Source: Eledone cirrhosa (Eukaryota). Taken from it: a DNA stretch of 64,000 bases. The notes under the pieces are model-generated. The model saw only the letters and a program-made list of their open reading frames with translations. It was not told the DNA's origin and ran no database searches. Both the position numbers and the translations under genes were made by a program. Below are positions 23,738 through 36,700 of the stretch, one piece after another (the first letter of the stretch is position 1; every line of letters begins with the position of its first letter). The DNA lies in assembly GCA_964016885.1 (NCBI GenBank), contig OZ024743.1, positions 340,070,001-340,134,000 of the forward strand, written 5' to 3'.

Positions 23738-23780
23738 ACGGTGCTGACGATAGCTAATAAGCTTGAAACTAATACATCGT
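23738..23780 (+). ncRNA. Minimal type I hammerhead (unit 2, intact core)
   Basis: ACGGTG-CTGACGA-tAGCT aata AGCTt-GAAA-CTAA-TA-CATCGT. Confidence 0.85.
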
Positions 23781-23988
23781 TGCTTTGTCAGTGTTGAACA
23801 AAAGGACAACGATGGTTGCTAAACACTGTACGGCTTAATTCGGGATGTTTGTTTACAAAAAAACCGAGCATTATAATAAATGCTCGGTAAATCCATACGT
23901 ACATATATATATATGTGTGCATGTATGTATGTATATATATATACATACTACTGACGTCTGTATACATATATGTATGTACGTATACATA

Positions 23989-24068
<80 letters not shown>

Positions 24069-24241
24069 GTCAAGTATGAAATTTGTAGATATTCCGTAAA
24101 AAAAAAAATCTTGACAGAGGGTGCAACCAAGACAGTGAGGTCACCATAGAAGCGAACGAAAGGAAATCGGGTAATTCAAGAATTAAGGAAGCCATTTAGA
24201 TTACCAGATTAAAGCCAGAAATAAATAATAGGCCAGAAAGG

Positions 24242-24283
24242 CACGTGGCGGAATGGTTACTATAGCAACCCCGCGCATGCGCA
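24242..24283. promoter_or_regulatory. Clustered E-box, RFX X-box and NRF1-like motifs (candidate promoter element)
   Basis: CACGTG (24242-47), GTTACTATAGCAAC (24256-69), GCGCATGCGCA (24273-83) within 42 bp of non-microsatellite sequence. Confidence 0.4.
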
Positions 24284-25092
24284 TACATTTTTCCAACTCA
24301 TAGGACCAGTTACAAAAGAAAGCTCAGTTCTTTCGTTTGTTTTATCTTGGATTCTTTCAGCTCCGCACCAGAATAGAGGATAATAACCCTGAAATATTAT
24401 GCCATAATACATTGGGAAATTACCAATATTGGTGGAAGCACTAAAATGAAGTAAAAAAATGAGATGTTTTATCGGAGAAAAGATGAAGAGAAATAGAAAC
24501 AGTGGGAGTATGGGAAGAGAGTTTATCAATTTAACCATCCTTGCAAGTTCGATTACAAATGACAACACTCTTGACAGGTGCAAGGTGTCGGAACACGGAA
24601 GAGTCGAACTCCCACCGTCGTCTCCCCCATCTCTCTCGCCCTCCCCATCTTTCTGTATAGTGAGCAAATGGGGTCCCACGTGCTGGCCGCCCCACAGCCG
24701 GGGCGAACAGAATGGAGAAGGCGTTTCCCCGGAGGATGGTAAGGGAGATGCGCTGGAAGTGCCATTACATTACATTACTCGTGTTTCTTTTTTTGTTTCA
24801 CTTACAATCATTTGTCCTTCGTATTTTCTACCGCATTGAACCGTCTTTTAAAAAACCTTATCGGTCATTTACTGCATATCTTACAATGCTTCGTATTAAC
24901 TACACTACACCACACACACACACACGCACACACACACATACACACACACACACATATATATGTGTGTGTGGGAGGTGTAGTGTAGTTAATATATATATAT
25001 ATATGAAAAGATTCATATTACCCACTCTACGACCCTAAGTATCGAGTACTCTGCTGCGTTATGGTCCACCTGGTATCTTACCACACCCGCTT

Positions 25093-25171
<79 letters not shown>

Positions 25172-25173
<2 letters not shown>

Positions 25174-25378
25174 AGATGTCAACATGAATGGACCTATTAT
25201 TCTCTATCTAAAGATACTTTTTCCAATTCCACCCTTCAATCTATCTTGTTTCTCATTCTTTCTTCTGATGAAGGACTAGCATCCGAAACGTTAAGACCCT
25301 TTTCCCTCTTAGCGTTAACCTAATATATTCCTTCCATATGCTGTACGGATTGTGTTGTTATTTCTGTTTACCTTTTAT
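25172..25378 (+). mobile_element. PLE-type 3' terminal fragment carrying a hammerhead
   Basis: Homolog of 19900-20120; (TA)n on the left, (CA)n on the right. Confidence 0.7.
25261..25296 (+). ncRNA. Minimal type I hammerhead ribozyme
   Basis: TCTT-CTGATGA-aGGA ctagca TCC-GAAA-CG-TT-AAGA; AACGTT palindrome at stem III. Confidence 0.85.
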
Positions 25379-25471
<93 letters not shown>

Positions 25472-26232
25472 CATATATATATGTTTATACACATATATAG
25501 ACATACATATACGCCTACACACACACACACATACACACACCCATACACACACACACACATACACACACACATATATATATATATATGTTTATATACATAT
25601 ATAGACATACATATACGCTTACACACACACACACACACATATATATATACATATATATATGTTTATATACATATATAGACATACATATACGCCTACACAC
25701 ACACATACACACACACACACACACATATATATATATGCATATACATATTAGTTTGAACCTGTTGACTCAATCATTGGTTAATAACAGTTTCTTCGATCCA
25801 TTTAAGTGTGAGATTGAATTTTGATGATGCTCTATCAACCTAGATATATGTTATTAATTCGACAATACTTTAGTTGCCAGACATATTGAGATAGAAAGGC
25901 AGAAGTAATTTTATTTTTAGTTTTGAAAGAAGGAGTGTATGGTGTATATACACCATATACACCATACACTCACTGGTTCCAAATATATTTTTCGTACAAT
26001 CTACAGAGCTTATCTAAATACCATTGCTCAAGGCACAACATGCTTTGTGATGTACTTGTCGTTAGGTGATCAAGGTGTTGTGTAGCTGCGTTTTCATTGT
26101 AGCATATGGAATGGGGTGTCTATATTCTTATGACCTTGGATGCATTTGGGAGTTTGCAGGCGATATCATTTCTGCATTATTAGCTAATCTTAACATTGTT
26201 CTTATTGAACAGATGCACACACACTCACAGTC

Positions 26233-26351
<119 letters not shown>

Positions 26352-26426
26352 ATATGTATGTACGACCCCTATGCAGACACAGACACACATATATCTATGT
26401 ATGTATGTCTCTCTCCACCCTCTCTC

Positions 26427-26514
<88 letters not shown>

Positions 26515-26779
26515 GCACAAAATTGTAGCGGGCCATATTTAATAAAATGTTCGTATAACCAATTATTTATTCAATTTATTCCAACTTCATATCAATTGCA
26601 GCATATATTGGGAGGGGAATATAGCTATTGACAGCTACTTCTTTCCCCTTGCCAATTCTGACGTGTAAATTGGATATAGCTATCTATTTTACAACCGATA
26701 TTATTTCATAGTAACATATATTTTGTCTTCTATCCTTGCATTTTATGAGAGATTGAGGAGAATGTTACTATTACAAAAT

Positions 26780-27130
26780 GGGCGCCGTATAGCTAAATGG
26801 TTAAGGAGATCGTTTCGCAAATATTAGGTCCATGGTTCGGTTCCACTGCGTGGCATCTTTGGTATGTGTCATTTATCAGAGCCTCAAGTCAACATATGCT
26901 TAGTGAGTGAAACTAATTAGACAGAATCTGTTTGGAAGCTTGTCAGATGGACTGTACATAATTCAAAGAGCCAGCCTTGCCAAACATCGTGTCACGCTGA
27001 ATATCCCTGATATTAAAAGGTATACGTGTTTATGGGATACCCAGGTGCTTGCACATACATGTCAATAGCAAGTTGTTCCGTTGATCAAACGACTGAAACA
27101 CTCCACGCTGAAACCAAAGGAGGCCTATTC
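26780..27130 (+). mobile_element. Decayed tRNA-derived SINE
   Basis: A-box-like TAGCTAAATGG and B-box-like GGTTCGGTTCC; body related to ~27250-27405 and ~59655-59810. Confidence 0.7.
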
Positions 27131-27404
27131 ATTCGACCATTACAATGCCTCTTTGTCTTGAAGGAAGCGATAACTTCAGATATGAAATTCTGCTAAATGT
27201 TATTTTGAATATGTGTTAAATTCTTGAAGATAAGATCAATATGCGGTAGACATGACTTTGTTATTAAAGAGCTCGTTTCGTAAATACGTGGTTTCATGTT
27301 CAGTCTCACTGCGCGGTACTTTGGAAATTGTCTTTCGCTATAACCTCGGATCGAGACCAATGCTTAGTGAATGGAATTTGGTTGACAGAAACCGCAGAAT
27401 CCCA

Positions 27405-27477
<73 letters not shown>

Positions 27478-28594
27478 ATATCCGACATACTATCATGAAG
27501 ATAGTATTTTGCATTGACATTATATGTTCCTATAGTATATATGCAATAGAAGATAGTAAAGGAAACTGCAGCGGTCGTATTTCCCGATTTGTGGAAGCAA
27601 TTAAATATAAAGGCAATCAATGAAAGACCTCCAGCATCTCTGGTATGTTTGCATACAACTAATGGAATATTTATTTAATGCCTGTTATATCCAAGGATGG
27701 GAAAACTAAAACATAAATTCTAATCGGTAATTTTAGATCTAAGTTTCAAACCCCTATCAGTAGTTTAAATTAAGGAGTTCTTTTACCCAAGAGGTGAGGG
27801 GATACAGGGGAGGGGGGGGGGGGGGGGGGGGGGTTAGTAGCAGCTGTCTATTCCCACGACAAAAATGGAATGGAGGATTTTTCTGTGAGCTCCAGAAGAA
27901 TCTTACTTTCAATCGCTCGATGCATCACATTTAGAGAGTTTTTTTTATCCATTGTTCCCATGTTGTTTATTTCAAATCCATCGAATTCAAAACCGTCAGT
28001 TCTCTGATGTTTGGAAATTATCTGGACAACCTTATTTAGTATGTTTGAAGCAGATGTTATTGTTTCACTCGCAAAAAATTGTCTCCCCCTGTCTCTTTCT
28101 CACTTAAGTGCTGTGGTATTACTATTTTCGCGTTCTCTTGTAGTACATACTTTACTCTTTCATCATATTGTATTTGTAGCCTTTGCTCAATAGTGAGGTA
28201 AGGGCGGTACTCATTCGTTTTAGTACATTTAGTTAAAAGTATAGCGCCTCTCACAACGCCTCAGAAAATCTACCATTCTTATGAGAGTTCATAGATCTCC
28301 CTTTGGGGCGCTATCACTCAAGTTCAGAACCAATGATCTATACGGAGTATTGTTTCCTGAACTTGTTCTACAACTAATTAAGAATTAATTAGAGCCATGA
28401 CAAAAGCCTGTTAGGCTATAGGGCATGTGCTATTTACATGCTTAATTTCCGGTTGTCGTGCAACAAACCCGGAGGCAACTTAATTCATACAATTCATAAA
28501 AGACAATATTATACGTATCACAAATCTGATTATCCCAATCGCAAAAAATTGGCTCTCTTACACACACACGCACACACACGCACACACACGCGCG

Positions 28595-28693
<99 letters not shown>

Positions 28694-28697
28694 ACGC

Positions 28698-28742
<45 letters not shown>

Positions 28743-28932
28743 CGTATACACATACGGTGGGTTTCTGCAGTTTGCACCTACCAATTTCCATTCATAAGAA
28801 ATTGGTCAATTCGAGGCTATAGTAGCAAACAATGTGTTGTGCAGATGGACTGGACCCAGCACTACAACACATCCATGTACATAGTAACATATTTTTCTTC
28901 ATTTCATTTACATTGATTCTTTTTATCCTGCA

Positions 28933-29325
28933 ATCTATATATAAATTTGAGCGACTTCCGTCCGTCCTTCAGTCACACAACGCGTTTATTTGAGTGAATG
29001 TATGTGTGTGTGAAAGAAAGGAAGGGATGGTAAAAAACTATAGTAAAACAGCGGCTGGCATTCCATTTATTATGCTGTGTGTGAGTGTATGTGTATGTGT
29101 GTGTTTGTGTAAATGTATGTGTATGTGTGTGAATGTATGTCTGTGTTTGTGTGAATATATGTGTATTTGTGTGAATGTATGTGTATATGTCTGTGAGTGT
29201 GTATTTTTGTAAGTGTGTCTGTGTTTGCGCGTTTATATTTATATACTCATACATATAAGTGTATGCATATGCACATACACACGCGCAAACACATACACAT
29301 ACGTGTCGGCGTGTTGAAAAAATCT
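28933..29325 (+). mobile_element. Non-autonomous Helitron-like repeat
   Basis: Starts TCTATATATAAATTTGAGCG..TCCGTCCGTC; second copy at ~51935-52030 plus ~52975-53178, split by other insertions. Confidence 0.45.
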
Positions 29326-29592
29326 TAGTAACTAAAATTAAACAAACAAGTAAATAAACAATTATAAACCTTGTTTCATTTCATGTGTTTTGTAAGTGGT
29401 ACATATTTCCTTGTGGTTATTTAGATGATGCACATTTCCTCAAATTGGAACCTAACTAGGTTTGAAAATAGATTAAAGATATCAGTTTTTCAATTTACAG
29501 GGAAATACGTATAGTTTACATGTTTACATGTCTATATACTTAATGTGTAAATTTATATATAAATTTATGTAGCCTCGATTGCCTTAATAAAA

Positions 29593-29711
<119 letters not shown>

Positions 29712-30154
29712 TTATGTTCAGAAGAGTTTGTTTTTGGTAAAAGCTCTCAACAATCGTAGTTTCTATTTACGATGGAGATTTTTATAAAAATAACAAAATA
29801 AGATGCTGAGGTTACATAAATTGTTTAATCATTATAATTATTTCCACGGTTCTCCATGCAACCGGGAAGTCCTTCATGCATTTGTTGTTATGAGAACGGT
29901 ATCCTCAGATGATATCTGATACGTTTGATATGCCGCTGGCAAGAAAAAACACACGTCCTATTACTTGTGTGCCCAGAAGACATATGATTTCCTTGAAGGG
30001 TTTCCCAGCCGTCGTGTTTGCTAGAAAAAGCTATCAACGAAAAAACGAATAAACTGTGTGTAGCCAAAACCCAGTAGAGAGTGGAAGCAATAAATGGAGC
30101 TCTGAGGGAGGGTGGGGTATATATTTTGTTGACAACCACCTTAATTCAACAGCT

Positions 30155-30155
30155 A

Positions 30156-30219
<64 letters not shown>

Positions 30220-30260
30220 GACGACGACGACGACGACAACAACAACAACGACAATAACAG
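30155..30260. repeat. (AAC)n/(GAC)n trinucleotide repeat
   Basis: Read directly. Confidence 0.95.
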
Positions 30261-30289
30261 CAAAACACCGACCAAAAGTCGTCCACACT

Positions 30290-30695
30290 GGCCGCATCAG
30301 TCGTAGTGATATTACTACCCTTCTGACAATAACAACGAATGCCAATAACCAAACCTTCAACTATATCGGAGCCACGGCTAATAAATTTAAGGAACGCTGG
30401 TAAATCACTGCCACACCTTTAGGAGAGTTGATAAGAAATACAGCACTGCCCTCTCAGAACTGGTGGGGCGTCTCAAACATGATAACTTAGAATACACCTT
30501 GTCGTGGTCCAAGGTAGCCTCAGCCCAACCTTACAGAGGGGGTGGGGGAAGGACTCATGCGATTTGTGTGTCATCGAGATTATGGAAATAATCGAGAGGG
30601 GAGCTCGAGTTATCAATAAAAGGAGTAACCTCTTCAGCCCCTGCCTCCACAGATCATCTGGAACTCTCCTCAAACTGTACGGACTAACAGCATAG
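30290..30695 (+). pseudogene. Penelope-like GIY-YIG endonuclease remnant
   Basis: TFNYIGATANKFKERW*..HTFRRVDKKYSTALSELV..CDLCVIEIMEII..VINKRSNLFSPCLHR with a stop and frameshifts; same type as ORF 49730-50212. Confidence 0.8.
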
Positions 30696-31582
30696 TTATA
30701 CTAGTTGAGGACTATTGCAAGCTTGTCCGCAGGAGTCGGGCGTGACCACACAATAACCCCAGCGTCAGGCGAACCCTGGATAACTTGTTTATACACCTGG
30801 AGTCTCATGTTTCATGACCCTTGTTCCTTATTCTCTGTTTGTATACCTACTGTTGTTTTTATGTATATTTGTCCCGTTCTTTTATTATTATGTTCTCTAT
30901 ATGTGTTCTTGAATTCTTATCTGTGTTTCTGTCCCTACTTTCGCTTCCCTTAACTCTCTTCCATAGTCTAGCAGCCCTTTTAATAGTATTGATGCCATTG
31001 TAGTTACAACTGAATGCTATTGTGGTTAGTTCTTTTTATGCACTGTAATTATTGCTAGCCTTGTGCCTTAGAGTGATAAAGAGGACTATATTAACTGTGC
31101 ATGTATTTATATATATGAAGCGAAGCAAAGTTAGTAGTTATCGATAGAAGAAATAGCTGGTTTATTTTTGATATAAAATTTACTCCACTTCATTCAAACA
31201 GAACAACAACAAAAATAATAAGTTACAACGAGTCGCAAAGGTTGACGATGTTATTTTATTATTGATGTGAAAACAGCGAGTGACCAGACAATGTTTGTTG
31301 GTCGTTGCAGTCAGGTAGTAGTCCTCGTGGTGATTGATTCTTCTCTCTCTTGGTTCCAGCTATTTATATCGCCAGCTTCCTCTGTCTCCTGCCTCGAGAG
31401 ATCGCCCACGCATCAACTTGTTTACACCAAAAGGATGGTGACCTAGAATTTTACCTTTAGGTGTCACCCAGGGCTCGAGGTGTGGACAGATTTCGCTACA
31501 TATATATATCCATCTGTATTTTCTGTCCCTTTTTTCCGTGGAAATAATTATAATGATTAAACGATATATGTAACCTCATCAT

Positions 31583-31651
<69 letters not shown>

Positions 31652-31652
<1 letters not shown>

Positions 31653-33166
31653 ATGATATACTATCGCTACGTTGATGATATAAACATCGTAGTAAAAACA
31701 CTCCCACTAGAGAACAGTCAGGAATTAGAGAAAAACACCATGGAAAGCATCCAGCAAATAGATAACTCCATCCACCAGAGTATTAGAGTTACTATAGACT
31801 ACCCAAGCAAACATCCCAACCATCGATTACCTGTACAAGACACAGAGCTCTGGTTAGAAACCATTATTAACAAAAAACAAATCCTCCATTCCCATTATGC
31901 CAAACCCATGACTTCCAAATATCTGATCCACCGAAACTCAGCTGTTTCGGATCACACCAAAATCAACATACTGATTGCGGATTTAGTACGAGTGATGAGA
32001 AATGTGTCCCGCATGTGCAACCCCTAAGAACTAGAGAGACACATACAACACGTCATCCACCGTATGCAGTTCTCTGATTACAATCAGAGAGATAAAATCA
32101 GAGTATATAGAGGAGCCAGAACCAAATGGGAAAAAATGGTAAATAATGATACAAATGGGACCTGCCCCTTGTATAGGAGCACATTTTGGAATAGAATAGA
32201 AAGAACTAGGAATAAGGTTAATAGAATAAACTCATGGTACGATAGCACTAAATACCAGAGTGTAGTGTTCATCAATACAACACCTAGAGGTGAATTAGCT
32301 TACAAATTTGGAAGGGCCCTAGACAAACTTAAACTAAATATTAAGATAGTAGAAAGACCAGGTACCTCCATAAAAACACTTATTAGTAATTCATACCCTT
32401 TTCAAAGACCTCCCTGTATAGATAAGAAATGCATAATCTGTAAACTAAGCCCCCATATTAACTGTAAAACTAGAAACATAGTATATAGCATAAGATGTAC
32501 TGAAGGATAATGTAAAGATAAGAATATAGTGTACATAGGTGAGACAGCTCGTAGTATAGGAGAACGATTAAATGAACACTGGCGAGAGCTTCAAGATAGA
32601 AAAGAGTCATCAGTACTCCACCAACATGCTAAAATAGAACATAAGGGCAAATTAGAGTACATAGAAATAAAAATAAAATCTACACACAGAAAAGACGCAA
32701 TGTTTAGACAAATCACAGAGGCAATAAACATAAATGAACTCCAACCAAAATTAAATAGAAAACATGAATGGAATAGCAACATCACAACTTACAATTAAAG
32801 ACAAAATGAAAACACACAAACATAGAACAAACAACCAACCAGTAACATGTAAATAAACAAATAAATAAACAAATAAAAACACACAGACACCCGGATATAA
32901 CACATGTGAAAACTAAGCACACAACAACACACAAAAAGAAGATGGCGTAGGACAGAACAAAGGAGAGGCACAAAACAAAGAAAAGAATCCCCAGTCAATG
33001 AAGAGGTCACAGAATGTGTGACGAAAGACCTTTGACAATATATGAACAACCGTCCGGTTATGGAACCAACCAACTAACCGGAAATTTATAAAATTTTTTT
33101 TTAATTTATAATTTAATTTATAATAAATTGGAGTGAAAGTAACTGGTGCGTGTGTTTTTTATTGGC

Positions 33167-33170
<4 letters not shown>
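31652..33170 (+). mobile_element. 5'-truncated Penelope-like element: RT C-terminus/thumb, Cys-rich linker, GIY-YIG, 3' terminal region
   Basis: YRYVDD; HYAKPMTS; CIDKKCIIC..NCKTRNIVYSIRC..YIGETARSIGERLNEH..RQITEAININELQPKLN, broken by in-frame stops; (TA)n on both sides. Confidence 0.93.
32994..33036 (+). ncRNA. Minimal hammerhead in PLE 3' region (C3 to A substitution)
   Basis: GTCA-ATGAAGA-gGTCAC agaatgt GTGAC-GAAA-GACC-TT-TGAC. Confidence 0.75.
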
Positions 33171-33218
<48 letters not shown>

Positions 33219-33427
33219 GTGTAAATTTATATACACTTATACGCAACCTCTGTTACCTTTGGAAATAGACTAAAAATATCACTTTTTTAATTTACAGGGA
33301 AATATGTATATTTTGCATGTTGACATCTCGATATATGTAATGTATAAAATTATATATACATTGATGCAGCCTCGATTATCTTATATATAAATTATATATA
33401 TATATAAATTATATATATATATATATA

Positions 33428-33505
33428 TTGTTATACTTTGGGAGGGTCATGTTGCCAATAAGAAACACACGCACCAGTTGCTTTCACTTCAATTTATTAT
33501 AAAAT
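33428..33505 (-). mobile_element. Extreme 3' end of the same PLE family
   Basis: Reverse complement matches 33120-33168 and 48462-48545 (..TTATTGGCAACATGACCCTCCCAAAGTATAA-(TA)n). Confidence 0.7.
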
Positions 33506-35054
33506 AAAGCACCAGTATCGCACTGGGGTCGATTTTTGGCAGAGTCGGAAAATGTTCTGGCTCTTTATGTTCTTCATTCATATCCTGTTGCGGTCAACTT
33601 TGCCTTTCATTCTTTCGAGGTCGATAAATAAAGTGCCAGTCAATTACTGAGGTCTAAATAAGCAGCATACCCCTCTCGCATATTGCTGACGTTGAGTCAA
33701 AATTAGACATAATTATTTGCTTGCGCACACCTTTACACGTTTCCTATATACAATCGCTTACATTTACGTATTGTTTCTTCCCTCACAACTTCAATAAGTA
33801 AGATGAAAGTTATGCTTCAGTAATGAGATTATAAGTTTAAAACATGTTCAGAGGTATCGCTTTTACTTTCGCGACGATATCTTCTCCCTGCCACATAATT
33901 ATTTCGAAAGAGCTATTTAATCTGCTTTTAAATATGGACAAGCTAATCCACATCTCTCTCTCTTTCGACTCTCTCCCCGGCGCCCCTCTCTCTCACACTC
34001 CCTCTCTCTCCATACACACACACATATATATATATATACATACACATACACACATACATGTGCACGCACACACACATGCATATTATATTTTCCGAAGAAA
34101 AAGGTGGCAGTGTCTCAGCCTTTTCCATTTAAAGAGGATTCTTTTTCTTTGAAAAATATATGATATACTCTGATCATATATATTCTCTATTCCTTCATAT
34201 AATATTTAACTATCTCTATGTACATTACGAAAATCTGCTCATCATCGTAAAAAAGATAAAGGAAATGGTCTGACAAGATCTGATGGATTGACGATGATCA
34301 ATGAAGAAATGAGCAGATAACGTCAAGGTATAGATCAGTAAAAACAACCCAAGTCTTAGCTCGCTACAGAGATGGGTGGCGGAAGGTAGTAATACTGCTC
34401 CACCCTGAAGATCCCTGAGACGATATGATATTTACACTATTTATGGTGAAACATTCTCTCTGAGTCTGTACAGGTGTGATATATTTTAATTTATCTTTTT
34501 AATTATAATGTATTTCCTAACTTCTATTTCTAATTCTTCATTTATTATACTTAGTTGCAACAACACAGCCTGCCATTTTTTATTCATATATGCTTTCCCC
34601 TTCGCTGTGACCTGTCTTTTTTCTCTTCCCTTACTGCTATCCTCTTTCTTTCCCCTCTTCTCTCTCCTTCTCCCTCTTACTTTCACTCACCCCCTCTGCT
34701 AGTCACCCTTTCTCGGCTAGCCTCTTCCTCGCACTTTCACTCACTCACTCTCTGCTACTCACCCTCTCTCTCACTTCCTCCATCGTCCCACACCGTACGC
34801 GATCCTTTTCGTCGCTCACATCCGTACGTCTAAGATGAGTCTTTATCTCCTCGTCAAAATTCGCCCGTTCTTATGTTCGAAATGAATTATTGACTTGATT
34901 TTTTTAATTTTTTCCTCTCTTTACGTTGCCTCACCATTCATGTCTGTTTACACGTCTTTCTCTTTCACCACCCAACTCTTTTTATCCCAATAACTTGTTT
35001 TAGTTTTCTAATTCATTTATTATACTTAATTGCAACAACACAGCTCGGCATTTT

Positions 35055-35458
<404 letters not shown>

Positions 35459-35575
35459 TTAAAGTTTAAGCAAAGAATCGCTGCTTTTACCCTGAACGGG
35501 ATCTTCTGAAACTAAAAAAAATCAATCTGTGAACGCAGAAGTAAATATTTCGAAAGTCTTCAAATTTATTATTAT

Positions 35576-35622
<47 letters not shown>

Positions 35623-35628
35623 TATATA

Positions 35629-35681
<53 letters not shown>

Positions 35682-35687
<6 letters not shown>

Positions 35688-36700
35688 ATTGCCCGATGCG
35701 CCATGCGAACTGTTGCCTACGCACATACGTCGTGTATAAAATAGAATGTAACAAGTGCAACCAATACTATATGGGTAGCACAATCCGGCCGTTGCACATC
35801 CGGATCAAGGAACACACTAAAACCAGGGCCTCGTCTTTCCAGAAATATAGTCAAATGCGGAAACAAAGACGGAAGGCCCATTGTCACAATTCTAGCGACA
35901 GAAAGAAACGTCGGCACTTTACGTATCAAGGAAGCACTTTGGATCAAACGCCTAGGGCCACAACTAAACAACCGATCCGAGAGAAGCGAAATGAGGTGGT
36001 TGGTTTAAGTTAACAAACAATGCAGCAACACACGCACACACACACACAAGCGAGACAGCAACACACGCACACACACACAGTAGCATTCTACCATACGAAC
36101 ATACTACACTGCCAATACAGAGGAACAAGGCAACAACACACGAACACACACACACTCAAGCGAAACAACAACACACGCACACACACACACACAGTAACAT
36201 TCACCAAACAGGCAGAGAATGGACTGACAGCTAGCGCCACCCCACTCCCACAATTGAAAGAACTACTTCGGCCGCTGACCTCTGCCTGACCGACCCCATT
36301 TCACGCGCACGCACGCTCTGCTGAATACCTAAGATATTCAAAACAACGAACAGCGGAGGACACGTTTCGCACCTTTCCGACAGAACCCCCCCCCCCGGAA
36401 AAAACCCCAGTTGATGGATGTGAATCCGAAATATATAGGGACAATTAAATCTCTCCCAAGGTAACTCTTTCTCGTGTTGTTATTTGTATTTTTATCCTTT
36501 ACGATCTTTCCTTCATTCCTCTATACGTTACAGTCTTATACACGCCACGCATCTCAACGTACACCCACTTACATCTCTCTCTCCACCACCGGATATTGTT
36601 ACCCGGAGATTTACTCATCTGCATTGTCGAGGCTTCCAAACGACTTAAAGAAATTTACCTTATTATTCCACAATGCTTCAAGCAAACCTCAATACTCTCT
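35682..36700 (+). mobile_element. 5'-truncated Penelope-like element: GIY-YIG plus 3' terminal region
   Basis: CLRTYVVYKIECNKCNQYYMGSTIRPLHIRIKEH, then frameshifted LRIKEALWIKRLGPQLN; (TA)n on both sides; a 3' fragment recurs at 53973-54034. Confidence 0.85.
36405..36440 (+). ncRNA. Degenerate minimal hammerhead
   Basis: CCC-CAGTTGA-tGGA tgtgaa TCC-GAAA-TATA-TA-GGG; two substitutions in CUGAUGA. Confidence 0.6.

Larger units (their letters stand above)
23281..23991 (+). mobile_element. Tandem ~420-bp hammerhead-bearing units (about 1.7 copies), retrozyme-like
   Basis: GTATATACTTTCA starts at 23281 and 23709; each unit has a hammerhead; no ORF; ends in (TA)n. Confidence 0.85.

Noticed and set aside
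24620-24725. Possible HDV-like ribozyme (GGCGAACAGAA pairing with TTCTGT)
   Set aside because: Could not place P1, P3 and L3 in the required order; only a generic hairpin.
25770-26220. Possible DNA-transposase remnant
   Set aside because: No diagnostic motif recoverable by eye.
34400-34465. CTGAAGA...GAAA hammerhead-like spacing
   Set aside because: No convincing stem I or stem II.
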